A stretch of DNA of 39,497 nt from the sequence record MK903277.1. The stretch is one strand, 5' to 3'. Position numbers and translations under genes: made by a program. The notes below the pieces were generated by a model. The model made no database searches. It was not told the DNA's origin and saw nothing but the letters and a program-made list of their open reading frames with translations. Positions 27,011 through 37,044 of the stretch are shown in pieces. Position 1 is the first letter of the stretch; every line of letters starts with the position of its first letter. Source of the DNA: Escherichia phage Pisces.

Positions 27011-29293
27011 ATGGCTAGTAATATCGAATCAGCATTAGCTAACCGGACTATGGGCCGTGGTCGCGCTCCGGGTAAAGCTATCAGTCTGGACTATCAGGCT
27101 GCAAATGTACAGGGGCAGACAGGGGACTCCGGTCTTGCCAAGGCGCTCACGGACTTCGTGTCAACGGGAGCTGGCGTCTACAAGCAATTTCAGGAGAAGG
27201 CCAAGAGTCTCGGAGACGAACGGTCCAACGAGATTATTCGTAAGCTGACTCCTCAGCAGAGACGTGACGCCATCCAGAACGGGACACTCCTATATCAGGA
27301 CGACCCGTATGCGATGGAGGCTCTGAGAGTCAAGACTGGTCGTAACGCTGCCTATGCGGTGGACGATGAGATTAACGTCAAGATTCAGAACGGTGAGTTC
27401 CGTACCCGTCAGGACATGGAAGAGTATCGCCACCAGCGACTGCAAGATGCCGCTAAGTCTTATGCGGAAGAGGCTGGGATTAACCCGGCAGATGAACACT
27501 TCCAGCGTGGATTTAACGCAGACATCACCGACCGTAACGTAGCCATCTACGGGTCGTTCAATAAGTATTTCTCTAAGCAGTCCGAGAATACCGCTATGCT
27601 GAACACCCGTGTCGAGCTGAACTCGTTCCTGAATGACGGGGACCTGATGCGGTCGCCCGAGGCTGGCAAGTCGTTCATGGCTTACATGCGTGATGGCCTG
27701 ACCACTGCTGCCATCCCGTCTGACCAAAGGGCGACTGAAGTCATCACCCAGACGGTACGGGATGCAATCCAGAAGTCCGGTGGCTCCAACTTCCTACAGC
27801 AAATCCGACACGAACGTATCACGCTTAACGGTGTGGACGCTACAGTAGAAGAGATTGTGGGACCTGAGGTCTTCAATGCTGCACTTATTGAGGCCCAAGG
27901 CACTGAGTATAAACTGGTAGCCAAGTATCAGGAAGACTTGTCACTGGGCGTTCAGTCTGCGATGCTTCAGGATGACCCGACCATCGGTCTGGCCCAAATC
28001 CAGAAACTCAAGGCTCAGAACAACCAGCTTCAGCCGGGTGAGGAGATGACGCCACAACGTCAGATGCTTATCAACGCCGAGGCCAGCCTCTTAGAGTCCG
28101 TGAAGCGCAAGTCCGCTGAACAGGCGAAGGAAAACACTAAGCTCATCCAGACGCAGAACAAGCAACTGGTCATCGACCAAGTGTATCAGCGCCGACTGGC
28201 TGGGGACAACGTGTCCACCAACTATGAGGACCTCCCGGTCTCTGAGGCTACTGGTGAGTTCAAGCGTTCGGACATGAACAACTACGCTATGGGTAAACTC
28301 CAGCAAATCGACCAGATGGACATCCCGCAAGCTGCGAAGGATGCTCAGAAGGTGGCGCTGCTGCGAGCTGACACCAATAACGGTCCGTTCCGCAACGCCT
28401 TCCAGACTCTTACGCAAGATGCTGCTGGTGAGTGGCAAGCTGCGGTCATCCGTGGTCAGTACGACCCAGACAAGATGCAGCGCTTCGAGTCTCTGCGCAA
28501 GGTCTACACTCAGGACCCTTCCAGCTTCGCGGCTCTCTACCCTGACCAAGCCTCTCTGTTCACTACTTTCGAGCAGATGGACAAGATGGGTCTGGACCCT
28601 CAGACGATGATTGACGCTGACAAACAGGCTGCAAGCCAGTCCCGTGAGATGCGCATTGAGTCTGACAAGGCGTGGCAAGAGCTGAAGAACGACTCGAAGA
28701 ACAAGGACCTCTCTCGACTCCCGACGAGTCTGGACGCAAGTGCTCGTAAGGTCTGGGACTCATGGTATTACCGTACAGGTAACGCTGATGCGGCGACCCA
28801 GAACACCCAGAAGTGGCTGAACGAGAACACCGTGACTTTCAGTGACGAAGGTCAGGACGGTAAGTCCATCGGCATGGTGTCCAAACATCAACTTATGGTC
28901 GGGGACAACCCTGAGTCATGGCAGGTGGGTAGAGACATTATCGACACCGCTCGTCAGCAGCTCATCAAGACTAACCCTTGGGTCGTGAACTCTCAGCTCT
29001 CCGTAGTTGAGCAGAACGGCTCGGTCTTCCTTCAGGACGCTACCGGGACTATTCGTATTCGATACGATAAAGAGCTGGTAGGCAAACTGTACCGTGAACA
29101 GCAGAAGCAAGCCGAGGATAAAGCCTACGCTGAGGCCGAACGTAAAGCCAACACCCGCGCTCGCATTGTCGAGACTAAAGCGGCTGGCGATAAGCGTCGT
29201 AATGAGCGTGAAGCTAATATCCAGAAACGGGGCGGTCTGTACAGTGATGTCTCGCTGGAGGGTATCGCAAACACCTTAATCGGTAAGGAGTAA
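27011..29293 (+). CDS. Internal virion protein C (gene 15)
   Basis: 760 aa, SD AGGAGGA; size and position of T7 gp15. Confidence 0.8.
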   Translation: MASNIESALANRTMGRGRAPGKAISLDYQAANVQGQTGDSGLAKALTDFVSTGAGVYKQFQEKAKSLGDERSNEIIRKLTPQQRRDAIQNGTLLYQDDPYAMEALRVKTGRNAAYAVDDEINVKIQNGEFRTRQDMEEYRHQRLQDAAKSYAEEAGINPADEHFQRGFNADITDRNVAIYGSFNKYFSKQSENTAMLNTRVELNSFLNDGDLMRSPEAGKSFMAYMRDGLTTAAIPSDQRATEVITQTVRDAIQKSGGSNFLQQIRHERITLNGVDATVEEIVGPEVFNAALIEAQGTEYKLVAKYQEDLSLGVQSAMLQDDPTIGLAQIQKLKAQNNQLQPGEEMTPQRQMLINAEASLLESVKRKSAEQAKENTKLIQTQNKQLVIDQVYQRRLAGDNVSTNYEDLPVSEATGEFKRSDMNNYAMGKLQQIDQMDIPQAAKDAQKVALLRADTNNGPFRNAFQTLTQDAAGEWQAAVIRGQYDPDKMQRFESLRKVYTQDPSSFAALYPDQASLFTTFEQMDKMGLDPQTMIDADKQAASQSREMRIESDKAWQELKNDSKNKDLSRLPTSLDASARKVWDSWYYRTGNADAATQNTQKWLNENTVTFSDEGQDGKSIGMVSKHQLMVGDNPESWQVGRDIIDTARQQLIKTNPWVVNSQLSVVEQNGSVFLQDATGTIRIRYDKELVGKLYREQQKQAEDKAYAEAERKANTRARIVETKAAGDKRRNEREANIQKRGGLYSDVSLEGIANTLIGKE

Positions 29294-29298
29294 AAACT

Positions 29299-32200
29299 AT
29301 GGCGACTCGTGGTATTCGCAACAACAACATCGGGAACATTCGTGTTTCCAAAGACCAGTGGGAAGGAGCTACAGGAGACGATGGGTCTTTCGTAACGTTC
29401 GACACTCCTGACTCTGGCGTCCGTGCTCTGGCGAAGAACCTGATGTCCTACGGTCGCCAAGGTTATGACTCAATCGAGAAGATTATCACTCGTTGGGCAC
29501 CTCCTAGTGAGAACGACACTCAGTCCTACATCAACTCGGTCGTGGCGGCTACTGGTATTCCAGCGACCCAAAGTATCGACCTGAGCAACCCTGACGTCCT
29601 AGCCTCTCTGTCTGAGGCTATCGGCTACCATGAGACTGGTTCCCGGTATGACCCTGAGGTCTACAAGACTGGCGTCTCTCGTGCCTTAAGTGGTGCTGGA
29701 GGCATCACCCCAAAGACCCCACCAGTAAGCGCTAACGTCTTCGACGCTCTCACGGAGGGCTTGAAGTCGAAACCTAAAGTCGCTCTGGGAGAGAACCTTC
29801 CGGGCGTTACTGGTATGAACATCGAAGGTCAAGCACCTGAGGCTCCCAACGAGTCCTTCGGAGAGATGTTCTATAAGTCAACTGGCGAGACGCTGGACCA
29901 ACGGGCTGACCGCTCTACGTGGTTCGGCATCGGTGGAGCTGCTGAGGCTGAAGTGAAGAACTCTATGGTAGGAGTGGCTATCCGCGCTGGTCAGACGGAG
30001 GACTCACTGGATGTCATTGGCGACGTGTTCAACCCGACCCGCTGGAACAACCACAAGTGGTCCCGCGAGGAGTTAGACCAGATTCGTAACGCTGGGGTCC
30101 TGCCTCAGTATTACGGGGTTATCACTGGCGGCTCCCCTCAGAACCTGACCGAGCTGATTAACTTGGCGCTGGAGAACCAGAAGTTAGACGCTGAGAAGGC
30201 TAAGGCCGGGACTGGCGCTCAACTGGCTGCTGGTGTAATTGGTGCTGGTGTGGACCCTCTAACCTACGTTCCTATCGCTGGACAGGTAGGCAAGGGTGGT
30301 AAGCTAGTCAACAAGATGTTCACCGTGGCTTCTCAATCTGGCGCTCTGGCTGGTGCCTCTGAGTTGGCTCGCACCTCCGTTGCTGGTGGTGATGCTCATG
30401 TGGCTGAGGCTATTATGGGTGGCGCTCTCTTCGGTGGCGGGATGACTGCTATCGGCGATGCTATCGGCAAGGCCCTCGGTAAGTCTACCAATGAGTTCGC
30501 TGGTCCGGCTACACGTCTGGAGGCCCGTGAGACTGCTCGTAACGTCGATGGTCAGGACCTGTCCCGTCTGCCAATCCGCGAAGGGGAGGAGACCTTCAGT
30601 CACCAAGGCGTTAAGTTTGCTGACGTTCCGAACGAGCCGGGAAGTGTTCGACTGGAAGATGGTTCAATCCTGATTGGTGAGAACCCTCTGAACCCTAAGA
30701 CACGTCAAGTCTTCGACGAGGTGATTGAGCCTGAACGTGCGGCTGCTGGTGTCAACCTTGGTGGTCTCACCGAGATTGGCCTGAAGCTCCTGAGGTCTGA
30801 GAACCCTGAGATTCGCGGACTTGCCGCTGACTTGGTGCGCTCACCTACAGGTATGCAATCAGGTGCGAGTGGGAAGATTGGGACTACAGCGTCAGACGTA
30901 TTCGAGAGACTTCGTGCAGTGGACCATCGGTTCTACAACGACATCGACGATGCGGTGACTCAGGCCCTGAAGGACCCGTACTTCCAGACCAACTTTAACC
31001 GCGACACTGGCGCATTCCGTCAGGACATCTACCAGCGTGTAGCTCTGGCGATTGAAGATGGAAGTGGAAACCTGAAGGCTGAGCTGACTCCGGGTGAACT
31101 TAAGGTCTATGACCTGCTGAAGAACCAGTTCGACGCTAAGCGTGAGATGATGGAGAACCCGGCGATGTTCGGTCGAGTAGACGCTCAGTCTATCTTCCCC
31201 GGTAGCCGCTTCAAGGGTACTTACGTGCCTCACGTCTACAGCAACCAGATGAAGCAACTGTTCATCAACGAGCTGGGAAGCCCTGAGGCTCTACAGGAGG
31301 CCATCAAGAAGTCGTGGCTCACGAGCTATGCGTCCAGACCTGAGGTCAAGGCTCGTGTAGATGAGGCCCTGCTGGAAGCTAACCCGAACCTGAAGCCTGA
31401 GGAACTTGCGGCTGCGGTAGATAAGTATGCCAACGATAAGGCTTACGGTATCTCTCACACCGACCTGTTTGAACGCTCGTCCGTCATGGAGGAGAACATC
31501 AACGGTCTGGTGGGTCTGGAGAACAACAACTTCCTTGAGGCCCGTAACCTGTTCGATAGCGATATGTCTATCATCCTGCCTAATGGTCAGCCGTTCAACG
31601 TGAACAGCCTCCGCGAGTGGGACATGGACAAGATTGTCCCGGCGTACAACCGTCGAGTCAATGGGGATATTGCTATCATGGCTGGGACCGGGAAGACCAC
31701 TAAGGAGATGAAGGACACTGTAGAGACCATGATGAACCGTGCTGGCGATGACGGTAAGCTGAAAGGCGAAGTGGCGACTCTGCGTGATACCCTGAAGATT
31801 CTGACTGGTCGTGCTCGACGCGATGGTGCTGACGATGCGGCTTTCTCTACCGTGATGCGGACCATGACAGACCTGTCCTTCTTCGCCAAGAATGCCTACA
31901 TGGGCGTACAGAACTTGACGGAGATTGGCGGGATGCTGGCCCGTGGTAACGTCCGTGCGATGCTGCATGGTATTCCGATGTTCCGTGACCTCGCCTTCCG
32001 AAACAAGAAGATGGGAGCCTCGGAGATTAAGGACCTGCACAACGTGGTCTTCGGTAAGGAGCTTGACGACTCAATCCGTCCGTCCAAACAGGATGTCATC
32101 GACCGTCTGCGAGCGTACAGTGACCTGAGTAAACCTGTGGCTACTGCTTTAGGTTCTGCCAAGTATTACACTGGTGAACTTGCGGTCCGCTCTCCGTTTA

Positions 32201-33195
32201 CGAAAGTCCTGAACGGGACGACGAACTACCTGTTAGACGCCGGACGTCAAGGCTTCTTGTCTGACATCGTGGAACATAGTCTGACTGGCAGTAAGCGTAA
32301 GTTCGATGACCGTTGGTTGAAGACTGCTGGTATCTCCGCTGACCAGTGGAAGGGCATTAAGTCCCTCATCCGTGAGTCGGTGACTCGTGGTCCAGACGGG
32401 AAGTACACCATCAAGGACAAGAAAGCGTTTAGTCAGGACCAAAGGGCTATGGACCTCTGGCGTATGGGTGACACCATCGCTGATGAGACCCTGCTCCGTC
32501 CCCACAAGCTGAGCAACATGGACGCCAAGGCTTATGGTCCGCTGGCGAAGACTGTCTTGCAGTTTAAGAACTTCGTTATCAAGTCTATCAATGGTCGAAC
32601 CATGCGTACCTTCTACAATGCCACCAAGAACAACCGAGCTATGGATGCTGCACTGTCAACGGTTATGTCTATGGGTCTGGCTGGGATGTACTACATGGCT
32701 CAGGCGCACATCAAGGCTTACGCTATGCAGGACGGTCGTGACCGTGAGTACCTGAAGCAAGCCTTGAACCCGACGATGATTGGTTATGCGGCTCTATCTC
32801 GTAGCTCCCACTTGGGTGGACCTCTTGGGGTCGCCAACATTCTGGGTGGTATCGCTGGGTATGAGGACACTAAGTTACTCCGCTCGTCTATCCTCCCGCG
32901 CTCACCTACCGAGAAGCCTGAACGTGCCATTACCTATGGTGCTGCTAAGAGTGACCCGGTGATGAATGTGGTAGGCAACTTCCTTGAGCAGGTCCCGGCT
33001 TTCGGATATGCTGCTAACGTTGGAGCTACGTCCTACAACTTGGCTGGCTACCTGAAGTCAGACACACGCGTGAACGAACGAGACTACATGACCGGGATGT
33101 ATAACACCTTCCGTGAGCTGGTCCCTAACGACCCTATCACCCAGAAGCTGCTGTTAGGCACCTTTGAGGAGCAAGGTATTCACATCAAGAACTAA
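29299..33195 (+). CDS. Internal virion protein D (gene 16), ejection protein
   Basis: 1298 aa; from about residue 200 onward collinear with T7 gp16 (RLEARETARN, VRSPTGMQSGASGK, KGTYVPHVY, YNRRVNGDIAIMAGTGKTTKE, ILTGRARR); N-terminal ~170 aa differ from the T7 transglycosylase domain as I recall it. Confidence 0.9.
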   Translation: MATRGIRNNNIGNIRVSKDQWEGATGDDGSFVTFDTPDSGVRALAKNLMSYGRQGYDSIEKIITRWAPPSENDTQSYINSVVAATGIPATQSIDLSNPDVLASLSEAIGYHETGSRYDPEVYKTGVSRALSGAGGITPKTPPVSANVFDALTEGLKSKPKVALGENLPGVTGMNIEGQAPEAPNESFGEMFYKSTGETLDQRADRSTWFGIGGAAEAEVKNSMVGVAIRAGQTEDSLDVIGDVFNPTRWNNHKWSREELDQIRNAGVLPQYYGVITGGSPQNLTELINLALENQKLDAEKAKAGTGAQLAAGVIGAGVDPLTYVPIAGQVGKGGKLVNKMFTVASQSGALAGASELARTSVAGGDAHVAEAIMGGALFGGGMTAIGDAIGKALGKSTNEFAGPATRLEARETARNVDGQDLSRLPIREGEETFSHQGVKFADVPNEPGSVRLEDGSILIGENPLNPKTRQVFDEVIEPERAAAGVNLGGLTEIGLKLLRSENPEIRGLAADLVRSPTGMQSGASGKIGTTASDVFERLRAVDHRFYNDIDDAVTQALKDPYFQTNFNRDTGAFRQDIYQRVALAIEDGSGNLKAELTPGELKVYDLLKNQFDAKREMMENPAMFGRVDAQSIFPGSRFKGTYVPHVYSNQMKQLFINELGSPEALQEAIKKSWLTSYASRPEVKARVDEALLEANPNLKPEELAAAVDKYANDKAYGISHTDLFERSSVMEENINGLVGLENNNFLEARNLFDSDMSIILPNGQPFNVNSLREWDMDKIVPAYNRRVNGDIAIMAGTGKTTKEMKDTVETMMNRAGDDGKLKGEVATLRDTLKILTGRARRDGADDAAFSTVMRTMTDLSFFAKNAYMGVQNLTEIGGMLARGNVRAMLHGIPMFRDLAFRNKKMGASEIKDLHNVVFGKELDDSIRPSKQDVIDRLRAYSDLSKPVATALGSAKYYTGELAVRSPFTKVLNGTTNYLLDAGRQGFLSDIVEHSLTGSKRKFDDRWLKTAGISADQWKGIKSLIRESVTRGPDGKYTIKDKKAFSQDQRAMDLWRMGDTIADETLLRPHKLSNMDAKAYGPLAKTVLQFKNFVIKSINGRTMRTFYNATKNNRAMDAALSTVMSMGLAGMYYMAQAHIKAYAMQDGRDREYLKQALNPTMIGYAALSRSSHLGGPLGVANILGGIAGYEDTKLLRSSILPRSPTEKPERAITYGAAKSDPVMNVVGNFLEQVPAFGYAANVGATSYNLAGYLKSDTRVNERDYMTGMYNTFRELVPNDPITQKLLLGTFEEQGIHIKN

Positions 33196-33211
33196 ACTAT
33201 CACTATAGGAA
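33194..33211 (+). promoter_or_regulatory. Phage RNAP promoter (phi17-like) with 5' UUCG hairpin
   Basis: TAAACTATCACTATAGGA; transcript 5' end folds GGAGGC-UUCG-GUCUCC (33212-33227). Confidence 0.8.
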
Positions 33212-33254
33212 CGGAGGCTTCGGTCTCCACCTATTTTGAATAACAGGAGGTATA

Positions 33255-35996
33255 ATGGCTAAAACAACTATCACTCAGTTCCCTGCTGGTCAATCGCAGT
33301 ATCGAATTGAGTTCGACTATCTGGCCCGACCTTTCGTCGTCGTAACGTTGGTGAATAGCTCCAACCAGACGCAGAATAAGGTCCTCGTCGTAGGTCGTGA
33401 CTATCGGTTCCTGAGCGCAACGGTCATTGAGATTCTGATTGCTCAGACCGGATTCGACACCCTGCGCATCCACCGTCAGACTGGCACCGACTTGGTGGTA
33501 GACTTCCGTGACGGTTCGGTCCTGACTGCAAACGACCTGACCAACGCTGAACTTCAGGCCATTCATATCGCTGAAGAAGGTCGTGACCAAACGGTTGACC
33601 TTGCGAAGGAGTATGCGGACTCAGCCTTGACGTCAGCAACCAATGCGAAGAACTCTGAGAACGAGGCTCGACGTATCGCTGAAAGTATCAAGACTGCTGG
33701 TCTGATGGGATACATCACCCGCCGCTCGTTTGAATCTGGTATCACAATCCGTGAGTGGAACGAAGCTCTGCTCTGGGAAGCTGACGGTAACTACTATCGT
33801 TGGGATGGTACGCTACCTAAAGTCGTTCCTGCTGGTTCAACTCCAGATTCTGCTGGTGGTGTTGGCAAAGGTAAGTGGCTCTCCGTTGGTGACGCAACGC
33901 TACGCACTGAGATGCTTCGTGGTCGCTTCAAGTTCGAGGGCGCTGAGTCTGTATACTATGTCCCGAACATCAACTTCAACACTTCGGTCGATAACCGCGC
34001 TGCTGCCTATGCGTTTGCCAATAAGATTTATATCCCTCGTGATGTGACCATCCGTGTGAACCTGCTTCCTGATGATGATGTCCGTAAGTTCGTTGGTGAG
34101 GGCAAGCTGATTGTCAAGAACCAGTTCTACGGCGGTGACATGCTGTTTGACGTAGAGAAGGCGACCAATGGTAACAAGCGCTCGGTCAAGTCCGTACTTC
34201 TTGAAGCTGTGCGCTCTCAGTCCTACGCTGACGGTACAATAGGGATTGTGGGTGACTCCATCACAGACGGTGCTTGGGGTAAACAGAACTGGAGTTCCCC
34301 ACCGTTGGATTCTAACCGCAACTTAGCTGCTCCTGTGGACTATAACCACGGGTTAGCTGGAGGCTCCCACTCATGGTGTGCGCATTGGCAGTGGCTAATG
34401 AACATGGTTCAGTCTCGCTGGACTCGTGAGCCTATCTTCCAAGTCTACAATGCGTCCCTCTCTGGGGCCAAGCTGTCAGACGGATGGGGCTACCGTAACT
34501 TTGACCGTGGGTTCTTCGGGAACGTTCGGTATGGCGCTAAGGCCCCTCGTGTCTGTATTCTGGCTATGGGTTGGAATGACTCCAGTCAAGACATGGCGAC
34601 CTACCGCGACCAGATTGATATGTTCGTCCGTAAGGCGTGGGGTTATGGTTGCACCGTTGGTATCGTGACCGTGAACGACAACGACTGGTCCCGCATTGGG
34701 TTCGAGGGTGCGACCAAGCGTCAGATGTGTGAGACCTTGGGTATCGACTACTTCAACTTAGGGCCAGAACTGACAACGATGTCCAACATCAACATGCAGG
34801 GCATGGACTATTACTACGTGAAGAAAGAACCTCAGTACGACACCACACACCCTCAGGAGCTGGGACAGAAGGTAATGGGTGGCTCAATGTTCATGCAGAC
34901 CCTCGGTGAGAAGTACGTTCGCCGTGTGCGTCCGGGTGACATGATTAACACCTCCGTGGTCGAGAACTTCTGGGATGCAGTAACGTACCCTTCGCAGAAT
35001 CACCTCCGTCCTCAGTACGGTAAAGCTGGTGGTACTCCTAAGCTGAACACCCTCGGTTATCTGCCTATGGCTCAGACCGCCGGAGAGAACGTAACGTTCA
35101 ATACCTTCGTGTGGTGCGAAGAAGAGGATATGTCACTGACGGTGATGGAGCCGTGGACTGGTGCTGGTAAAGTGGGAGACAACAACCATCTCCGAGTCTG
35201 GGCACCCGCTGGTCTGGTTCTGGATGAAACCGATGCGAACTACGGTACGCGCAACAAGAAGATTAACGACTACTGTCAATACAACGTTGGCAAACTGGCG
35301 TCAAACTATCTTGGTGGTTCCCGCACACTTACCACGTATGCCGGGCGTCTGCGCAAAGGTCTCAACCAGATTGCAATCGTGAACGGGGGCGCTCTGCCTA
35401 CCTGCTGGTATCCAGCCCTGAAGTTCGGACACATCACGACCGATGGTATCACCATCCCGCTGACCCGTCTGTCCATCTCCCAGTCCTCAGCTCCAGTCCC
35501 GTTCATTGCGGACGGCTACCAGTTTGATGACTACGTGCTGTCTAATGCGTTCTCTGGACGCGCTGGCGCAATGACGACTGATGGTTATATCCGTCAGGGT
35601 ACGGTTGTAGGCCGAGTGTACGTCAAATCTGGCTTTGGCCTGAACACCTATCTGGCACTGAACCTCGACTCCCTGTCTGGTAATGCAATCCTCATCGGGG
35701 TGGCATCCAACGGTCAGATTGCCTGTGGGTCATGGCTGGGCAAGGAGCCGACTGACTGGACTCTTCTGGGAGACATCACGACCAAGGACTTCACGAACGT
35801 GCCGTTCACGGTGTGGGTCTACACCAACGCTAGTGGTCAATACACTTTCTCTATCATCACTGATGATGGACGAGTTGTAGCGAACCCGATTGCCACGACT
35901 GTAGTGACCTCCGGTCGCATCGGTGTATTCAAGCGGACCACTGGTTCCTTCATGGCTCAGATTGAGGCTAACTGGGGCTTCACCAACGTAGGGTAA
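33255..35996 (+). CDS. Tail fibre / tailspike protein (gene 17) with C-terminal SGNH/GDSL-hydrolase-like domain
   Basis: 913 aa; N-terminal ~150 aa match the T7 gp17 particle-binding domain ([39 protein letters not shown]); distal part contains GDSITDG (about 34252), GWNDS (about 34570) and DTTHP (about 34840). Confidence 0.85.
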   Translation: MAKTTITQFPAGQSQYRIEFDYLARPFVVVTLVNSSNQTQNKVLVVGRDYRFLSATVIEILIAQTGFDTLRIHRQTGTDLVVDFRDGSVLTANDLTNAELQAIHIAEEGRDQTVDLAKEYADSALTSATNAKNSENEARRIAESIKTAGLMGYITRRSFESGITIREWNEALLWEADGNYYRWDGTLPKVVPAGSTPDSAGGVGKGKWLSVGDATLRTEMLRGRFKFEGAESVYYVPNINFNTSVDNRAAAYAFANKIYIPRDVTIRVNLLPDDDVRKFVGEGKLIVKNQFYGGDMLFDVEKATNGNKRSVKSVLLEAVRSQSYADGTIGIVGDSITDGAWGKQNWSSPPLDSNRNLAAPVDYNHGLAGGSHSWCAHWQWLMNMVQSRWTREPIFQVYNASLSGAKLSDGWGYRNFDRGFFGNVRYGAKAPRVCILAMGWNDSSQDMATYRDQIDMFVRKAWGYGCTVGIVTVNDNDWSRIGFEGATKRQMCETLGIDYFNLGPELTTMSNINMQGMDYYYVKKEPQYDTTHPQELGQKVMGGSMFMQTLGEKYVRRVRPGDMINTSVVENFWDAVTYPSQNHLRPQYGKAGGTPKLNTLGYLPMAQTAGENVTFNTFVWCEEEDMSLTVMEPWTGAGKVGDNNHLRVWAPAGLVLDETDANYGTRNKKINDYCQYNVGKLASNYLGGSRTLTTYAGRLRKGLNQIAIVNGGALPTCWYPALKFGHITTDGITIPLTRLSISQSSAPVPFIADGYQFDDYVLSNAFSGRAGAMTTDGYIRQGTVVGRVYVKSGFGLNTYLALNLDSLSGNAILIGVASNGQIACGSWLGKEPTDWTLLGDITTKDFTNVPFTVWVYTNASGQYTFSIITDDGRVVANPIATTVVTSGRIGVFKRTTGSFMAQIEANWGFTNVG

Positions 35997-36038
35997 CAAC
36001 TTTGGGTCAAGGACGACCCGTTTAACAATGGAGGTATT

Positions 36039-36233
36039 ATGATTGAGTTCGACTTCAAGAATGAGGTCCTCAAAGCCTCGCCTATCGTCGGGACCGCTGC
36101 GGCTGATGGTGCCAGTCGGTTCTTCTTTGGGTTAACACTCAACGAATGGTTCTACGTCGCTGCTATCGCGTACACCGTGGTGCAGATTGGCGTCCTAATT
36201 TACAAGACGATTAAGAGCGGAGGTAAGACATGA
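36039..36233 (+). CDS. Holin (gene 17.5)
   Basis: 64 aa; PIVGT..AD...R.FFGL.LNEWFYVAAIAYTVVQIG nearly identical to T7 gp17.5. Confidence 0.9.
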   Translation: MIEFDFKNEVLKASPIVGTAAADGASRFFFGLTLNEWFYVAAIAYTVVQIGVLIYKTIKSGGKT

Positions 36234-36493
36234 CGCAGATGGACTTAGAGAAGTTCCTGTTAATGCTGGACACTGAACGTGCGCGACTCATGCTGCAAGA
36301 CCTGCGGGATGACTCTAAGCGTTCGCCCCAGCTCTACAACGCCATCGAGAAGCTGCTGGCCCGTCACAACTTTGTGTTAAGCAAGGTGTCGGTGGACGAG
36401 AAGCAGTTGGCAGACATGGAGGCGCTGAACAGAGAGTACGACAAGGTGCTCTCAGCGACCGAGGATAATGACACTGGGTATGGTGTCCAATAA
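36230..36493 (+). CDS. Terminase small subunit (gene 18)
   Basis: 87 aa; LDTERA..ML.DL.D..RSPQLYNAIEKLLARHNF parallels T7 gp18. Confidence 0.85.
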   Translation: MTQMDLEKFLLMLDTERARLMLQDLRDDSKRSPQLYNAIEKLLARHNFVLSKVSVDEKQLADMEALNREYDKVLSATEDNDTGYGVQ

Positions 36494-36496
36494 GTG

Positions 36497-36545
36497 TTAG
36501 ACTCAAGGTCATTACTATATGTAGTGGCCTTTATGATTAACACAC
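36497..36545 (+). promoter_or_regulatory. Putative RNase III processing hairpin (R18.5-like)
   Basis: TTAGACTCAAGGTCATTACTATATGTAGTGGCCTTTATGATTAA; same motif family as 6816, 13636 and 3278. Confidence 0.5.
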
Positions 36546-36594
36546 ACTACGAGCGGCGACGCTACGTGGATTCTGAGAAATGAGGAGGGCAACT

Positions 36595-37044
36595 ATGCTC
36601 GAACTTTTACGTAGATGCGCCCCTTGGCTGGTGGCAGGACTCATGTTCTGCTCAGGTTACTGGGTGGCAGACAATAAGTGGGAGGCGAAAGTAAGCAATG
36701 AGTACATCACGAAACTTGAGGCACGAGAGAATCAACGGGCTGCTGTCCAAGGTGAAATCGACAAAGTGTCAGCCGAGTGGCAAGACAAGATGTCCGCGCT
36801 GGAAGGCTCTACTGATAGGATTATTGCTGACCTTAACCGCGATAACAAGCGGCTGCGCATCCGTGTCAAACCCACCAGTGGAACAGTCCAGACTGACGGT
36901 CGATGCGTCATTGATGGTTACGCCGAACTTGACGAACGAGATGCTAAGCGTCTTATCGCCATCGGACTGAAAGGTGACGAATGGATTAAGGCCCTCCAGA
37001 AGACCGTGAGAGCCATGCAGCAAGAGAAGGAGGTGAAACCTTGA
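36595..37044 (+). CDS. Rz-like i-spanin (gene 18.5)
   Basis: Start ATG 36595 with SD GAGGAGGG; N-terminal TM helix [13 protein letters not shown]; [26 protein letters not shown] parallels T7 gp18.5. Confidence 0.85.
   Translation: MLELLRRCAPWLVAGLMFCSGYWVADNKWEAKVSNEYITKLEARENQRAAVQGEIDKVSAEWQDKMSALEGSTDRIIADLNRDNKRLRIRVKPTSGTVQTDGRCVIDGYAELDERDAKRLIAIGLKGDEWIKALQKTVRAMQQEKEVKP
36698..36970 (+). CDS. Rz1-like o-spanin lipoprotein (gene 18.7), embedded in a different frame within the i-spanin gene
   Basis: MSTSR...[23 protein letters not shown] has a lipobox; C-terminal [15 protein letters not shown] matches T7 gp18.7 SLMVEPNLTTEMLNV. Confidence 0.85.
   Translation: MSTSRNLRHERINGLLSKVKSTKCQPSGKTRCPRWKALLIGLLLTLTAITSGCASVSNPPVEQSRLTVDASLMVTPNLTNEMLSVLSPSD

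Noticed and set aside
31291-32040. 249-aa minus-strand ORF inside gene 16 (and similar ones at 10258-10836, 28091-28678, 19453-19962)
   Set aside because: Same reasoning: they lie opposite strongly supported + strand genes and lack translation signals.
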